Positions 13,801 through 27,299 of a stretch of DNA of 64,000 nucleotides are shown here, in pieces; position 1 is the first letter of the stretch, and each line of letters starts with the position of its first letter. The position numbers and the translations under genes were made by a program. The DNA lies in assembly GCF_009914755.1 (NCBI RefSeq), contig NC_060925.1; one strand, given 5' to 3'. Source of the DNA: the human T2T-CHM13v2.0 reference genome, Homo sapiens. The notes beneath the pieces were generated by a model that was not told the origin of the DNA, ran no database searches, and was given only the letters and a program-made list of their open reading frames with translations.

Positions 13801-16344
13801 AATATAGTGACATTAAAGAAGCATATGACTTTTACCTTATATTATTTAATTGCTACCATAATAATCATACCAGAATTCACAAGATATTATCATTTATTAA
13901 CATTCCATATAATTATTCAGATAGCTGTGTATCATGTCTTAATTTCAGAGTCCTGATTTAGATATAAGGCTATAAGATTTAGCTTTGTAGGCTTTGATTA
14001 CAATAATCTATAGACATATTTTTATGTAAGTACTCAATAGAAAAAAAATTACTTTCCATTTAAACTTAAATCTTCTGTTTTAATGAAAAGAAGTATCAAA
14101 AATAACCCATAGAGTATGTAACCCAAACTCTTTGATATTTGCTTTTAGAATTAAATTGACTACGCAATGGCATGGGTAGGGGTAACATGATGAAAAGTAA
14201 AATAAAAGTCCACTGCAAAATTAAGACAGTTCAAATTATCCTGCTTATATACTGACATGCTCCACTGCTCCCAAATATCTAATTAATTTGAGAGAAAAAT
14301 TCATTCATCTTTTCAAAAATGGTAGCACTTGCTGGCTCAATGCCTGCCTGGTTCTTGCCTTGATAAGATAGTGTGGAAAAATTACAATAATCATAATCAA
14401 TACTTTGAAAAACCTTTTCTATCAGCTGAGGCAAAGAAAGGGGCAAATTCTCTTTTATTGTTAACCTGAACTGCTATTTCAAGACGGAGTGGCTTTTGAA
14501 TATCTTAAATCTTGCAGTTCAACTTCTGCAGGTTATTTGAACATGGTATTAGTAGCATTGGCAGTACATAAACATTTGACTTGTAATATCTGACTGAAAA
14601 GTGATATTCTGTAGCACTGAATGTGAATTAAATAGATGGGAAAAAAAAAACAGGAAAACAAACATTTAAAGCAAAAGCTGTTGCCCTAATGCCCCAGGTG
14701 CAGTACACAACAAATGTGATGATTTACTTAAAATAATGAAAACATGAATATTATCTATTTTTATCATTAGCTTCTCCAAGAAGGCAATGTCAAAGTGTGA
14801 TTTATTAATCTGTTTCCTTTACTTTCCTTACTAACACATAGCAAAACAAAGATTTTATTAGCAAAACAAAAACTGTACTGTCTTATTGCAAACATTCTGT
14901 TGAGATTTTTAAAAAGCAGTCACTTTTATTGTTATTCTTAATACATAAGCTGTGTAAATGTCCTTGTTTGCCTTTGTTTTCCCAATGACACAAATCTACA
15001 ATGATACAATAGTATACCCAGAAAGTAAAAAGGATTAACATAGTGTTTTCTAATCAGTCATGTTAGAAACTTATATTTTACAATGATTTATAGAAGTTGT
15101 ATAGTTATGGGCAGCAATTAATTTTTACCAAGGAACAATACTAACTGTGTATAGGAACGAAATCTTATTTCTAGGGTATGATATGGAAGTATGCATTAAA
15201 CACCATGAAATATAAATACTCATACTCTTATTCCTCAACAGGGTAATTTCATTTATTTTAGTAAATGAAAGAATTTATTTAGTAAATGAAGAATTTATTT
15301 TAATAAAATCATCAGTGAATCCCCCAAAAAGCCTATAAGTATTTAAAGACAAGAATGTAAAATATCAACATCAAAGCAACCTAAATATCTAACAACACCT
15401 AATTAAATAAACACGATATATTCATATTATAGAATATTATACTATCAAAAGTAATCTTGTTTTGGAATCTACTTAGAAATACATGTCACAAAACAATGGA
15501 TTTAAGTAGGTTTACGTAACAATATGTTAAGTGAAAACATCAGTTTGTACAACAATATCTTCTATTGTATAACTCCACTTGTGTAAACATAATCCTTAAA
15601 GTCACTATATATATAAAAAAAAGTGTGTGTGTGTGTGTGCACACGTGAATAGTCAAAGTATTTTACATGTTCTTCTTTTAAAAATTCTATACATTAAAAT
15701 GTACCAACTTTACATTTTTTAATGTTCTTGAAAGAATTTAACGTAGTATTTGTAGTCTAGAGGTGTTGGCATTAAATGTCAAAAATATATTTTTAAGATA
15801 AAATAATAAAATTATTTGAATAGTTTATTAGCAAATAAATTTTCTAAGTTTAAGCATAACATTTTTCCTCATGTTTCCATTCTGAAACCGTCTCTCTTTG
15901 GGGAGTTTACCAAACCAAAAACCAATCCCTCTGAGGCCAGCCCCTTCATAATCAATCTAATGAATTTCTCCCTTTCTTATAAAAGTATACAACATGAGTA
16001 TGTGTATTTGTGACATTTATTCATTAACTCTGATTATATGTGACTACTGTTCCACATTCTTGATATTCTTGGCTCTCTGTAGGTGTTTTGAATATACTGA
16101 ATCGTCCCTTTCATTCAGCCAGTTTTTGAACCTACAGTCTATCATACTCATCCCATTTCATTAAAAGAGTTTTTTAATTTATGCATAGATTTCTAAATCA
16201 ATTTTTACTAAGCATTACCTACAGTGTACTCCTAAACCTTCTAAATGCTACTTTTTAAACAAAGTGACTCTGACTTTCCTCTTGCTTTTTTCATTCCAAC
16301 ACCAGAGAACACATTTTTGTAGCCATTGTTGTTTTAAAAATAGT

Positions 16345-16469
16345 GTGTAGAGTACAATATACATTATACAGGTTTTAGCTACACTAAAAGCCACAACTTT
16401 ACCACTACGTAGTGTATCCCCGTAACAAAACTGCACTTGTATCCCTTAAATTTATACAAATAAAAAAAA
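16345..16469 (+). mobile_element. Short L1 (L1PB/L1MA-type) 3' tip
   Basis: tacactaaaagccacaactttaccacta...gtaacaaaactgcacttgtatcccttaaatttatacaaataaaaaaa. Confidence 0.75.
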
Positions 16470-17146
16470 TGCAAAGTAAACACACTGTGACCCTCTAGTC
16501 TTTGGGAAATCACCAAAATGTTAAAGCAGACATTGAAAGGAATAAAGCCAAGTATACTGCTACTTGCCAATCTTTACTTTTCCCACACTTTTGACCGAGT
16601 ATAGCTGTTCTTCACACAAGGCATTTAAAATATGCCAAATGAGCAAAAATACAAAAGGCTGAGGGTAAAAAGAACTGTATAGAAATCCCACATCTGCCAC
16701 AGGTGATCAGCAGATGCCAGCTACTGACAGATAATATTTGTTAACAAGCAGGACAGATTCTAATTATGAGATGGCTTGTTATAAGAAAGAGAAATAGTGT
16801 AATGGTCACTGCAGTGGAGGACGGGTTTCAGGTGACAGCCCCAAGCCCGCACTCCTCCTCCAGAGCCTTGCTTTCCTGCTTCCTCCCAGACCCTGGCACT
16901 AGCCTCATTCCTTTCTTCACTGCCCTTCCAGATAATGTAGGACATGCTCCTCCAGGTGAAAATGACTTTTTGGTGAGGAGGTTGGGGTGGGCAAGGGCTC
17001 CATCACTCACAAAATCCTAAAGGTTGATCTACTTTAAAATTTTAAGTAAAACAAAGCTCCTGTTTCTAAATTGATATTTTCACGTTACTTGGCAGTAAAA
17101 TCGAGTTCACCTCAACCACATTTTATAGGTGTATTCTCTTCCTTAC

Positions 17147-17794
17147 TGATATGGTTGAGATGTTACACCACCTCCAAATCCCATGTTGAAAAGAGATCTC
17201 AGGCCGAGTGCAGTGGCTCATGCCTGTAATCCCAGTACTTTGGGAGGAGGAGGTGGGTGGATCACTTGAGGCCAGGAGTTCAAGACCTGCCTGGGCAACA
17301 TGGTGAAACCCTGTCTCTACAAAAAGATACAAAAATTAGCCAGGTATAGTGGCATGCACCTGTACTCCCAGCTACTCGAGAGGCTGAGGCATGAGAATCA
17401 CACAAACACACAAAAAAAGAGAGATAGAGAATGATCCCCAATGTTGGAGGTGGGGCTAATGGGAGGTGTTTGGGTCATGAGGGCGGATCCTTCATGAATG
17501 ATGTGATGCAGTCCTCACTGCAATGAGTGAGTTCTCACTCTGAGTTCACAAGAGAGTTGGTTGTTTAAAGAAGCCTGGCACCTCCTTTCTCTCTTGCTCC
17601 CTCTCTTGCCATGTGACATTCGAGCTCCCCTCTTACAACTTCCACAATAAGTGGAAGCTTCCTGAGGCCCTCCCCAGAAAAAGGATGCTGGTACCATGCT
17701 TGCACAGCCTGAAGAACTGTGAGCCAAAATTAATCTCTTTATAAATCACCCAGCCTGAGGTATTCCTTTAGAGCAATGCAAACAGACTAACACA
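17147..17794 (+). mobile_element. MaLR solo LTR (MSTB-like) interrupted by an Alu
   Basis: tgatatggtt...ccaaatcccatgttgaaa | Alu | gatccccaatgttggaggtgggg...ggtattcctttagagcaatgcaaacagactaacaca. Confidence 0.85.
17202..17419 (+). mobile_element. Alu, right arm truncated
   Basis: Left arm and linker intact; stops after gagaatca, followed by a CA/A-rich tail. Confidence 0.9.
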
Positions 17795-18430
17795 CTTGTC
17801 ATATACCACCCCCGCACCAAAAATACCAAGACTTCCTCAACACCTATATGATGAAATGATGGCTTTGTTAAAAGAAGTTTTGCATTCTGAAGACTCATTA
17901 ATCAACATACTACAGGGCAATGTGGACTGACCTACAATATTCCAAGAATGCAAATCTCCAATGCTCTCATAGTACAATCCTTTGTACCAAATTCTAACTT
18001 ATATAATAGTTAATTTGTATGTCTTATCTCTCCAGCACAATATAAGGGTCAAGGATACTGTAAGTGTGGGATGATATCCTTCAAGTACTTCTTATGCATT
18101 ATCCCACATCATAAGGTAGCAAGATTAAGTTAAATTTGAACATAATTTGGGATGCACAGAGGAGCTGACCCTGGCTTCATTATAAAAGTTTACTAGAATG
18201 AGATATTACATGAAATATGTTGTAGGAAAAATGGAATCAGTAAGTCAGAGCAACTCGATAATAAAAATTTTAATTAGTGTTTATAGGCATGCATTTAATT
18301 ATATGTTTCTGTAAGTACTAGAATTTCTTTCCTATCTTCCATGTGGTAGTAAAGCTTCAAGTGTAAAGAGATGTATTACAAGCTTCTTTCTGGCACTACA
18401 AAGAAGAGGGAAGTAAATCAAAAGTGCTCT

Positions 18431-19641
18431 TCACACCTATGTTTGTTGCGGCACAAGATTTGGAAGCAACCCATTTCCATCAACCGATGAATGGATAAAG
18501 AAAATGTGGTACATATACACAATGGTGTACTATTCAGCCATAAAAAAAAATGAGATTCTGTCATTTGCAATAACATGGATGGAACTGGAGGTCATTATGT
18601 TAAATAAAATAAGTCAGAAATGACATCTTTTCACTTATTTGTGGGATCTAAAAATCAAAACAACTGAAGTCATGGAGACAGAAAGTAGAAGAATGTTTAA
18701 TAGAGGCTGGGAGGATAGTGTGGGGGTGTTGGGAGAGGAGGTGGGGATGGTTAATGGGTACCAAAGATAAAAAAGATATATATATATAATCTTATTCATT
18801 CTAACTGTATATTTATATATTTATATTTATAGCACATATATTAATATATAACTTTCTAACTATATATAAATATATTAATATATAACTTTCTAACTATATA
18901 TAAATATATAAATGTATTTATATAGTTATAGTTTTATATAGTTAGAAAGTTATATATTAATATATGTGCTATCAAATGCTTCCTAACCATATATATAGTT
19001 AGAAATACATATATATGTCTATAGACATACATATATGTATCTGATTATATATGTATATACACATATATAAATATATATATACATATACATATATAGTCAG
19101 AAAGAATGAATAAGACCTAGTATTTGATAACACAAGAGGGAGTCTATAGTCAATAATAATTTAAATGTACTTTTACTTTTATGTATTTTAATTTTTTATT
19201 TCTATAAAATAAAAAATAATTTCTATTAAATTTAATAAAAATTATTTTTAAGAAAATTTAATAAATTAATTTAATAAAATAATTTTTTATTTCCATAAAA
19301 TGTGGGGGGAACAGGTAGTATTTGGTTACATGAGGAAGTTCTTTAGTGGTGATTTGTAAGATTTTGGTGCACCCATCACCCAAGTAGTATACACTGAACA
19401 CAATTTGTAGTCTTTTATCCCTTACCCCCTCCCACCCTTTCCTGCCGAGTCCCCAAAGTCCATCTATCATTCTTATGCCTTTGCATCCTCATAGCTTAGC
19501 TTCCACTTATGAGTGAGAACATATGATGTTTCGTTTTCCATTCCTGAGTTACTTCACTTAGAATAATATTCTCTAATTCCATCCAGGTTGCTGCAAATGC
19601 CATTAATTCATTCCTTTTTATGGCTGAGTAGTATTCCATCA

Positions 19642-19705
<64 letters not shown>

Positions 19706-20065
19706 GTGTATATATGTATTTTTTTATTTTTTTCTTTATCCACTCATTGATTGAAGGGCATTTGGGCTGATTCCAAATTTTTTCAATTGTGAATTGTGCT
19801 GCTATGAACATGCATGTGCAAGTATCTTTTTGTATAATGACTTCTCTTCCTCTGGGTAGATACCCAGTAGTGGGATTGGTTTCGAAAATAACTAAAAGAG
19901 TATAATCGGATTTTTTGTAACAGAAAGGATAAATGCTTGGGGGGATGGGTATCCCATTTTCCATGATGTGATTATTACACGTTGCATGCCTGTATCCAAA
20001 CATCTCATGTACCCCAAAAATATATACACCTACCATGTACCCACAAAAATTAAAAATTTAAAAAA
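18431..20065 (+). mobile_element. L1MA-type 3' end, split by an AT-rich expansion (18776-19094) and a nested L1PB (19200-19878)
   Basis: ORF2 end/3' UTR blocks at 18431-18775, 19095-19170 and 19885-20065 are collinear and end in acccacaaaaattaaaaa. Confidence 0.85.
19200..19878 (-). mobile_element. L1PB 3' fragment with internal (TA)n(CA)n
   Basis: gaacaggtagtatttggttacatg...gattttggtgcacccatcacc; reverse ORFs give MELENIILSEVTQEWKTK (L1 ORF2 C-terminus). Confidence 0.88.
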
Positions 20066-21809
20066 CTGGTCACTCCATGTAACAAAAAAGAAACCCTACA
20101 AAAGATATGACTTTCTACACATTTAATAATAGGAATGTACATATTTTTGAATAGCGTACCTTCTATTCGAATACTTAGAACACGTTGTTTAGATAATGGT
20201 CACAGATGTATTTCACATACTTTTTATTCTTCAAGAAAATCATTCTTTATTCATACTAACACTGCAAAACTAAACAGACCCTAAACTATTATAAGCACTG
20301 TTTCTCAATAAGGAAAAGAAAAAGATTTTTACAGAAGACCAACACACACACACACATACACACACACAATAATTCAATACCATTCATCTCAATTCTGTAT
20401 AACTACCACTACCTATGTGAGTATGAGATGGAGTTGATCATTTACAACACCTCCACATGTCCCTTGGACAATGGCACTGCTGGCTGTCAAGCAGATTGAT
20501 GGTTTTCACTGAGCAGTTCCCTGTGTAAATTTCAGAATTCACTTTAACAGTCATTTGAACTGTCACAGTATGAATTATGGACTGAAGCACATTCTGCTTT
20601 GCTATTTCCACAGAAAAGCTCCTTGTGAATATTAAATTAGATGTAGAAAAGACATTTTCAAGTCAAATACCTTAAACTACAATGCCTAGGCTTAGAATGA
20701 ACATTAAAAACTATTTTGTTTCTAAGGGGGATCAGAATTTTAATTCAAATGACTCATTTTTATTATAATAATGTACACATATATATGTGGTGGCCTATAT
20801 ATTCATAGCTGTGACATATTTCTTTTTCTTTTGGTAATATCTTCTTTATACTACAGGACTAAAATTCTTGGAGCCTTTGTATGGACTACTTGCGTTAAAT
20901 AATGTAGGAGGATCCAAAACGAATTAAAGACATGGCTTTACCTCTAGAAAGTTATGTTATACCTTCAAAAATATAAGCATAATTATAAAACAAAATAATG
21001 GCATGTAGAATATATGGAGTAATCAGAGTGATTTCAAAATGTCATTAATAACTCTGGCACTGCATCCAATTTAGAGTCTGGTAATGAAAAAGGGGGTGAC
21101 ATGATACCAGACAGCCTCAGATCATGGTATGACACAAGCAAAGGCACTAAAGCAGACATCAGCTTGTGAAAAGAGGGATGATTTCTGTGAATAAATACAC
21201 AGATCAAATTTCAAAAAGCATTTTAGGAAGAAAAGCCAATTAATAAAGAGCTTTGAATGTTGAGTCAGCAGTTTATATTTCAAATAATAGCATTAACGGC
21301 ATACCATAGGTTTTTAAATGGGAATATGATATGGTAAAATCATGTTTAAGAAGACTATGATGAAAATGCATAGGTTGACTGAGGCTCGAGTTAAGCATTG
21401 AAGATTATTGGAGATAGGGTGCATAAAACAGACCTGGAATAATGAGCTATGCTGGCAAGTGCTGTAGTAATTTAAATAAGATAGGATGAAACTGTACCAA
21501 GAAAGAATAGGTGGAGCTCAATACCTAATTGAGGAGGGAATTTGAAAAAAATAGTACAAATCTACTGTAAGTTTTTGAAATGGAGAATTGAAATAATTAT
21601 ATTGATATTAATGAATTAATTGATATTAATGAATTAATGATATTAATTCACTATAATTGAAATAATTATAGTGATAATAATGGTGATAGACAAATTAAAA
21701 AGCTGTGCACTAGCTTGAGGTTATTCATATGATATGAATTACTTAGCAACCAGAAGTTGGCTACAATAGTCATGTGCTTTATATATATCTCTATCTATGT
21801 GCATATAAA

Positions 21810-22989
21810 CAGTCATCCCTTGGTATCTAGAGGGGGCTGGTTCCAGGACCCCTGGGGATACTAAAATCCACAAATGCTCAAGTCTCTGATATAAATGACA
21901 TAACGTTTGCACATAACTTAATCATACCCTCCCATCAAGTATAAATCTAGATTACTTATAATAACTAGTACAATGTAAATGCTACGTAAATAATTGTAAT
22001 ACTGTACTGGGTTTTCATTTTTATTTTTTGTAGTAGGCTTTTAATTTTTATTTTTATTTCAATAGTTTTTGGGGCACAGGTGGTTTTTGGTTATGTGGAT
22101 AAGTGTTTTAGTGGTGATTTCTGAGACTTTAGTACACCCATCACCTGAGCAGTGCACACTGTACACAATATATAGTCTTTTAACCCTCACCCTTCCTCCC
22201 GACCTTCCCCACAAGTCTCCAAAGTCCATTATATCACTCGTAGGCCTTTGCATCCTCATAGATTAGCTTCCACTTACAAGTGAGAACACATGATGTTTGG
22301 TTTTCCATTCCTGAGTTACTTCACTTAGAATAATGGCCTCCAGCTCCATCCAAGTTGCTCCAAAAGACATTATTTTGTTCCTTGTTATGGCTGAGTTGTA
22401 TTCCATGATGTATATATATATATATATATATATCACATTTTCTTTATCCAGTTGTTGGTTGATGGGCACTTAGGTCAGTTCCATATATTTGCCATTACAA
22501 GTAATGCTGCTATAAATATGCATGTGCATGTGTCATTTTCACACACATAGTGACTTCTTTTCCTTTGAGTAGGTACCCAGTATGGGATTGCTAGATCAAA
22601 TGGTAGTACAACTTTTAGTTTTTCAAGGAATCTCCACACTGTTTTCCACAGTGGTTGTACTAATTTACATTCCCACCAGCAATGTAAATGTGTTCCCTTT
22701 TCACCACATCCAAGCCAACATTTATTGTTTTTTGACTTCATAATCATGGCCATTCTTGTGGGAGTGAGGTGGTATCACATTGTGGTTTTAATTTGCATTT
22801 CCCTGATAATTAGTGATGTTAAGCATTTTTTCATGTTTGCTGGCTATTTGTGCATCTTGTTTTGAGACTTGTCTATTCATGTCCTTTGCCCACTTTTTGA
22901 TGGGATTATTTGTTTTTTAAAAATAATTTCCCTCCATGATTGGTTAAATCCACAGAAGCAAAACCCATGGATATGAGAAGGCTGGCTGT
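21810..22989 (+). mobile_element. MER2 (Tigger-family DNA transposon) split by an L1PB
   Basis: cagtcatcccttggtatc...ggttccaggacccc at the left end; right terminus aaatccacagaagcaaaacccatggatatg...ggctg+TA resumes at ~22925. Confidence 0.8.
22040..22918 (-). mobile_element. L1PB 3' fragment
   Basis: Reverse ORFs give [19 protein letters not shown] and MELEAIILSEVTQEWKTK, typical of the L1 ORF2 C-terminus. Confidence 0.92.
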
Positions 22990-23032
22990 ATATGGCTATA
23001 TTAATAACCAAATTCAGGATTCTTACAAAGTC

Positions 23033-23330
23033 TTTATTTTTCAATTATTTATTTTGTTTGTTTGAGACAGGGTCTCGTGCTGGCATGCAATCATGTGATC
23101 ACGTTTCACCGCAGCCTCGACCTCCCAAGCTGAAGCGATCCTCCTACCTCAGCCTCCCGAGTAGCTAGGATTACAGCACACACCAACACACCTGGCTAAT
23201 TTTTTGTACTTTTTGTAGTGATGGAGTTTTGCCATTTTTCCCAGGCTGATCTAGAACCTGGGCTCAAGCAATCTGCCTGCCTTGGCTTCCCAGAGTGCTG
23301 GGATTATAGACATGAGCCACCCACCCAGCC
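23033..23330 (-). mobile_element. Alu (AluJ-type)
   Basis: Antisense dimer; TSD cttacaaagtctt on both sides. Confidence 0.9.
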
Positions 23331-24590
23331 CTTACAAAGTCTTAATAGAACATTAAATTGTATATTTACTTTGGGCACTTGTGGAAAAAGAAAATAAATT
23401 AGTTAGTCCAATATAGGTGAAGAGGAGAGAGTAAACATAATTCAGGTTTGTGTTTTGGTTAGAATCCTAGTATGTTCTCCATCAAAGGACAGCCATTCTA
23501 TTATAGTATCTATTGACTACATTTACATATCAGGTTCTCAACAAAGAATGTAACTTCAATCTCTTCGCATCCTTTATTATTAATCAAAGCCACCTACACT
23601 AAAAAAAAAAGGTTTTTAAGGAAGATTACATGAAAGACTGAGCAGTGTACACTGTACACAATATAATATATCAATAATATAATCAATCTGTAACCTCACG
23701 TACTTTTTTTTTTTTTCCTATAGGATATACCTGAAATACAGTACTGGGTGTGTCCTGTAGATCTACTTTAAGAGAACAATTCTCTATAGTTATATCAGCA
23801 CCAGGGAGTGAGAATGTTATGAGTCTTATGAAACTTGCTATTTTATGATAGGAGAGTGGATAAGAATACTGTACACTAATCAAAGATCCACAGGATAAAT
23901 TTCCTTTAAATTTGAGCCCCAAGGAAAGCTGTGTTTCTTCTGAACTACCAGTTCATTTCTCATCTTATGCAACTGATCATGCCCTTATCTTTGCTCTGGC
24001 TAACCTCGCAACCCATCTCCAGTAAATACATACAAATTTGTGGAAGTCATACTATGTACCTACATACTCCTAACTTGGTTTTTTCCTTATTATCTTTTCA
24101 TTCTGTTGTACTTTCTGTTTACTCTATGCTATTGCATGAATTTCTGTGAACCACTGCAAATCTTTAGAATAGGCAAAACATACTAATAAGTAGGTGTAAG
24201 TGTTAAGCCCTAAATCAAGTAACTTCACTTTATGATATGTAAATTTCATAACATCCCTGCATAGTGTTTTCATTATCCCAGTACAGTGTTGAGAAAAAAA
24301 TCAATTTCACTCTAGTACAAATACTTCAGGAGATAGAAGCATAAATAGGAAATCTTAAAGTCTTACTGAGAAAAATATTAAAAAATAAAACACATAGCTA
24401 TAAAAAATAGTAATAATTGTGGATTAACTAAAGTAGCAAATAAATGGATGACCCTGTCCAAAGCATTCAAAATGGACATTTTAAAACGTCTTAGTAAGTT
24501 AACTATTTGATCTTACATGATGTCTTTTTGATTGATATATGCTCATGATTCATTTATTATTCACTTGCTTTTTCATATTATCCATTGTGC

Positions 24591-24640
24591 TGTTTTTATT
24601 TTGTTCCTGGGATACTGTTTTCATTTTGTTTCTGGGATAC
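24591..24640. repeat. 25-bp tandem duplication
   Basis: tgtttttattttgttcctgggatac / tgttttcattttgtttctgggatac. Confidence 0.85.
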
Positions 24641-24989
24641 TAACTACCTTTACCCTATTTCAGTCAATCAATCAATAATAATCTATACCCCCATACACAC
24701 ACAAATAAAACCATTGCCTTAGTTTGTTTTGCTGATTTTCCATGTCATTCTACTTTCTCCAGACTATCAAAAGAACCATGCTCTACATCTAGAGGCAAAA
24801 GAGGTTTTTCTTTCAGAAAGTATGACCAACTTCAAAAATTCCTTAACACTTATTTTAATCAAGTCACTATAACACTGGCCTATGGGGATGCAAGAGCTAT
24901 ATGACTTTTCTGACTTCAAAAGCCTTTAAATTTGTTTGAATTTTGTTCTTCCTATTATTTAAATAGCATTAAATCACATTTGTGTATGT

Positions 24990-25215
24990 TGTAAACATAG
25001 TGAATAGGCATAATAATTAGATTCTAGTTACCTCTTACAGGTCATGTGACTTTGAACAAGTGATATATTTCTGTACCTTGGTTGATTCATTTGTAAAATG
25101 GGAAAAATAACAGAATTTCTCAGAATTGGTATAAAGATTAAATAAAGTAATACGTAATACATGTAACATGCTTAGAAAAATGTTTGACACATGCTAAGTA
25201 GTTGGTAAATGTTCT
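24990..25215 (+). mobile_element. MIR
   Basis: tgtgactttgaacaagtga...cattt gtaaaatgggaaaaataacag. Confidence 0.7.
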
Positions 25216-27299
25216 CTGATGCTGTGATAAATACTATATTCAATATTATCATACATTTTCACCTTATCTTCTGCATTTTTATTGGAAATGGATGAAATAG
25301 CACATAAACTCTTTTGAGCAGAGAAAGGTAAGAAATGGAAACAAAATACTGACAGCTTCCATCTATAATTTGCCAATGTAATCACCACATGGTGTGGCAG
25401 TGACAGAAGTCATTACCATCACTCCTTAATGGAACCTGTGCAGCTTGCTGATCACCCTATCTGATCCCTAGTGGACAGAGTAGTATTTCAGTTTTTGACA
25501 GACTTGAGACAGCAGGCTGTCCATTATTAAACTAGACATCTGGACCCTGTTGTTAACAACTAGTTGTTTATAATATGTGGACAATCTACAAGTTTTCCCA
25601 CAGGGAGTTAAATGAGGTTGAAATGTGTTAATCCACTTTTATCCCTATTCACACAGTGATTTACAAGATGGCTAAGTGTGCCCTTGTAATAACAATTCAT
25701 CATTATGATTCTGTGTAAGTCCAGTGCAAGAAAGCCAGGAACAACCAGTTCACTGTTTCTTAGATTTACTGTTTTCTGGCTTTATATGCAAAGTCCATTT
25801 CTTACCCATATTTACATACTGTGAAAATTGGAAGTAATACAACTCTGAATTCAAGGAATGTGTACACAGAGGGATATGATTCTCACCCTTTAAAGCCGTG
25901 GCATAATTGCAGTAGTGCTAAGACTACTAAAGCACTGATTGGAAGAGAGGTACAGCTAAGACTCTAAAGAGGAAAGAGGTCAAAGAGTTGGAGATGTGCT
26001 GCCAGGCGATTGTCCCCTACACATCAGCCATGCTTGACAATTGGGTTCTGTTTCTGTTTTCCTTCACTGCTTCTATTTCTCAGAAAAGACTAAGATAAAT
26101 ACGTTCAATCTAAGGCAAAATTGTGGAGAGAAATCTCACTGTCCTTAGTCTCCCTCTTTTGCTGATTATCTTCTGCCTCACATCCAAGAGCATATTTTTC
26201 TTTCTTTCAGGCAACTAGGGCTTTCCAGGTTCTCAACTCTTTACCTCCAAACTCCAAAGCCATCTCCACTTCCCAGTCAAGAGAGACAAATAAGTCTAAT
26301 ATCACTGAACTAATTTATTTCATTTACGTTAATGATTTATTTTTTTCATGTATATGCAGTGGTTCCTCCTTAATCTGAAATTATACTACATGTAAGACTT
26401 TATGTATGAGTCAGCTTGTTCTAGTTGTACCTAGTTATTAAGGAGTCAGGGTCAGAAATTTCTAATTCACTCCTCTGCTTTTATATGACCAGCTACAGAG
26501 AATCCAACATCATTTCACGGTGTTTTCTGGCCTCCATGGAGCCTAGTTTTCTATTCATCTGCTGCAAGCATGTACGTGATCACTCTTCTACATGAGAGGT
26601 ATGCAATGAAATATCCCTGTGTCTTAGGGTCCGCCAATACCGAATTTTCTGGGACAAATTGTGAAGCCAAATACACATAAACAAAGCTGTAAGCTGGAGA
26701 GATGGAGGTGGTTGGCTGCAAGGCATGCAAAGGAACCACAGCTCCTAAGAGCACAAAGTTTTTGTTTTTATTACATGAGCGTTTAATTAAGAAAACTACA
26801 GTGACAAAACACATAATATCAGAAAAGTTGTCACTATCAGTGATTGTTTTAGGCAACAAAAAACTAATGATGTAGTTTGGTTGATGAAGTAAAACATGGT
26901 TATGATGTGTGGTGAATTTCTTGGTTTCTATGTTATGGAGCACAACAATAGAAATACATTTATATTAGATATCCATACTTGATATGGATCACACTGAATG
27001 TTTGACAGATTAACAGTGTTCTATATTTTATTTAATTGCAAGAGTAAAACAGTATCTATGCTCAATATTGACAATTTGTTTATTCATAAAATTTGGTCAT
27101 TTGCTGATACCTTTAAAATTTCACACACCACCAGCACTTCTACTTCTAAAGAAGTTTCTGGCCTTGCTTATCCATCTCTACTCTACATAGGCAGAAATCT
27201 CAAGATGAGAAGGGACTTAAAGTCCCCCACCTTCACTTGTATCCTACCATCTACAACCTCACCCAACCAGTTTTGACTTTGTACTGTGTATGAAATTGT

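Noticed and set aside
14200-15000. Repeat-free stretch that may be a conserved non-coding element
   Set aside because: Conservation cannot be judged without alignments, and no decisive motif was seen.
19258-22753. ORFs with L1 ORF2 C-terminal motifs
   Set aside because: Fragments of truncated, inactive L1PB/L1MA copies.
26551-27000. 130-aa ORF / possible hAT transposon remnant
   Set aside because: ORF has no recognisable motif; DNA resemblance to a hAT element is too weak to name.
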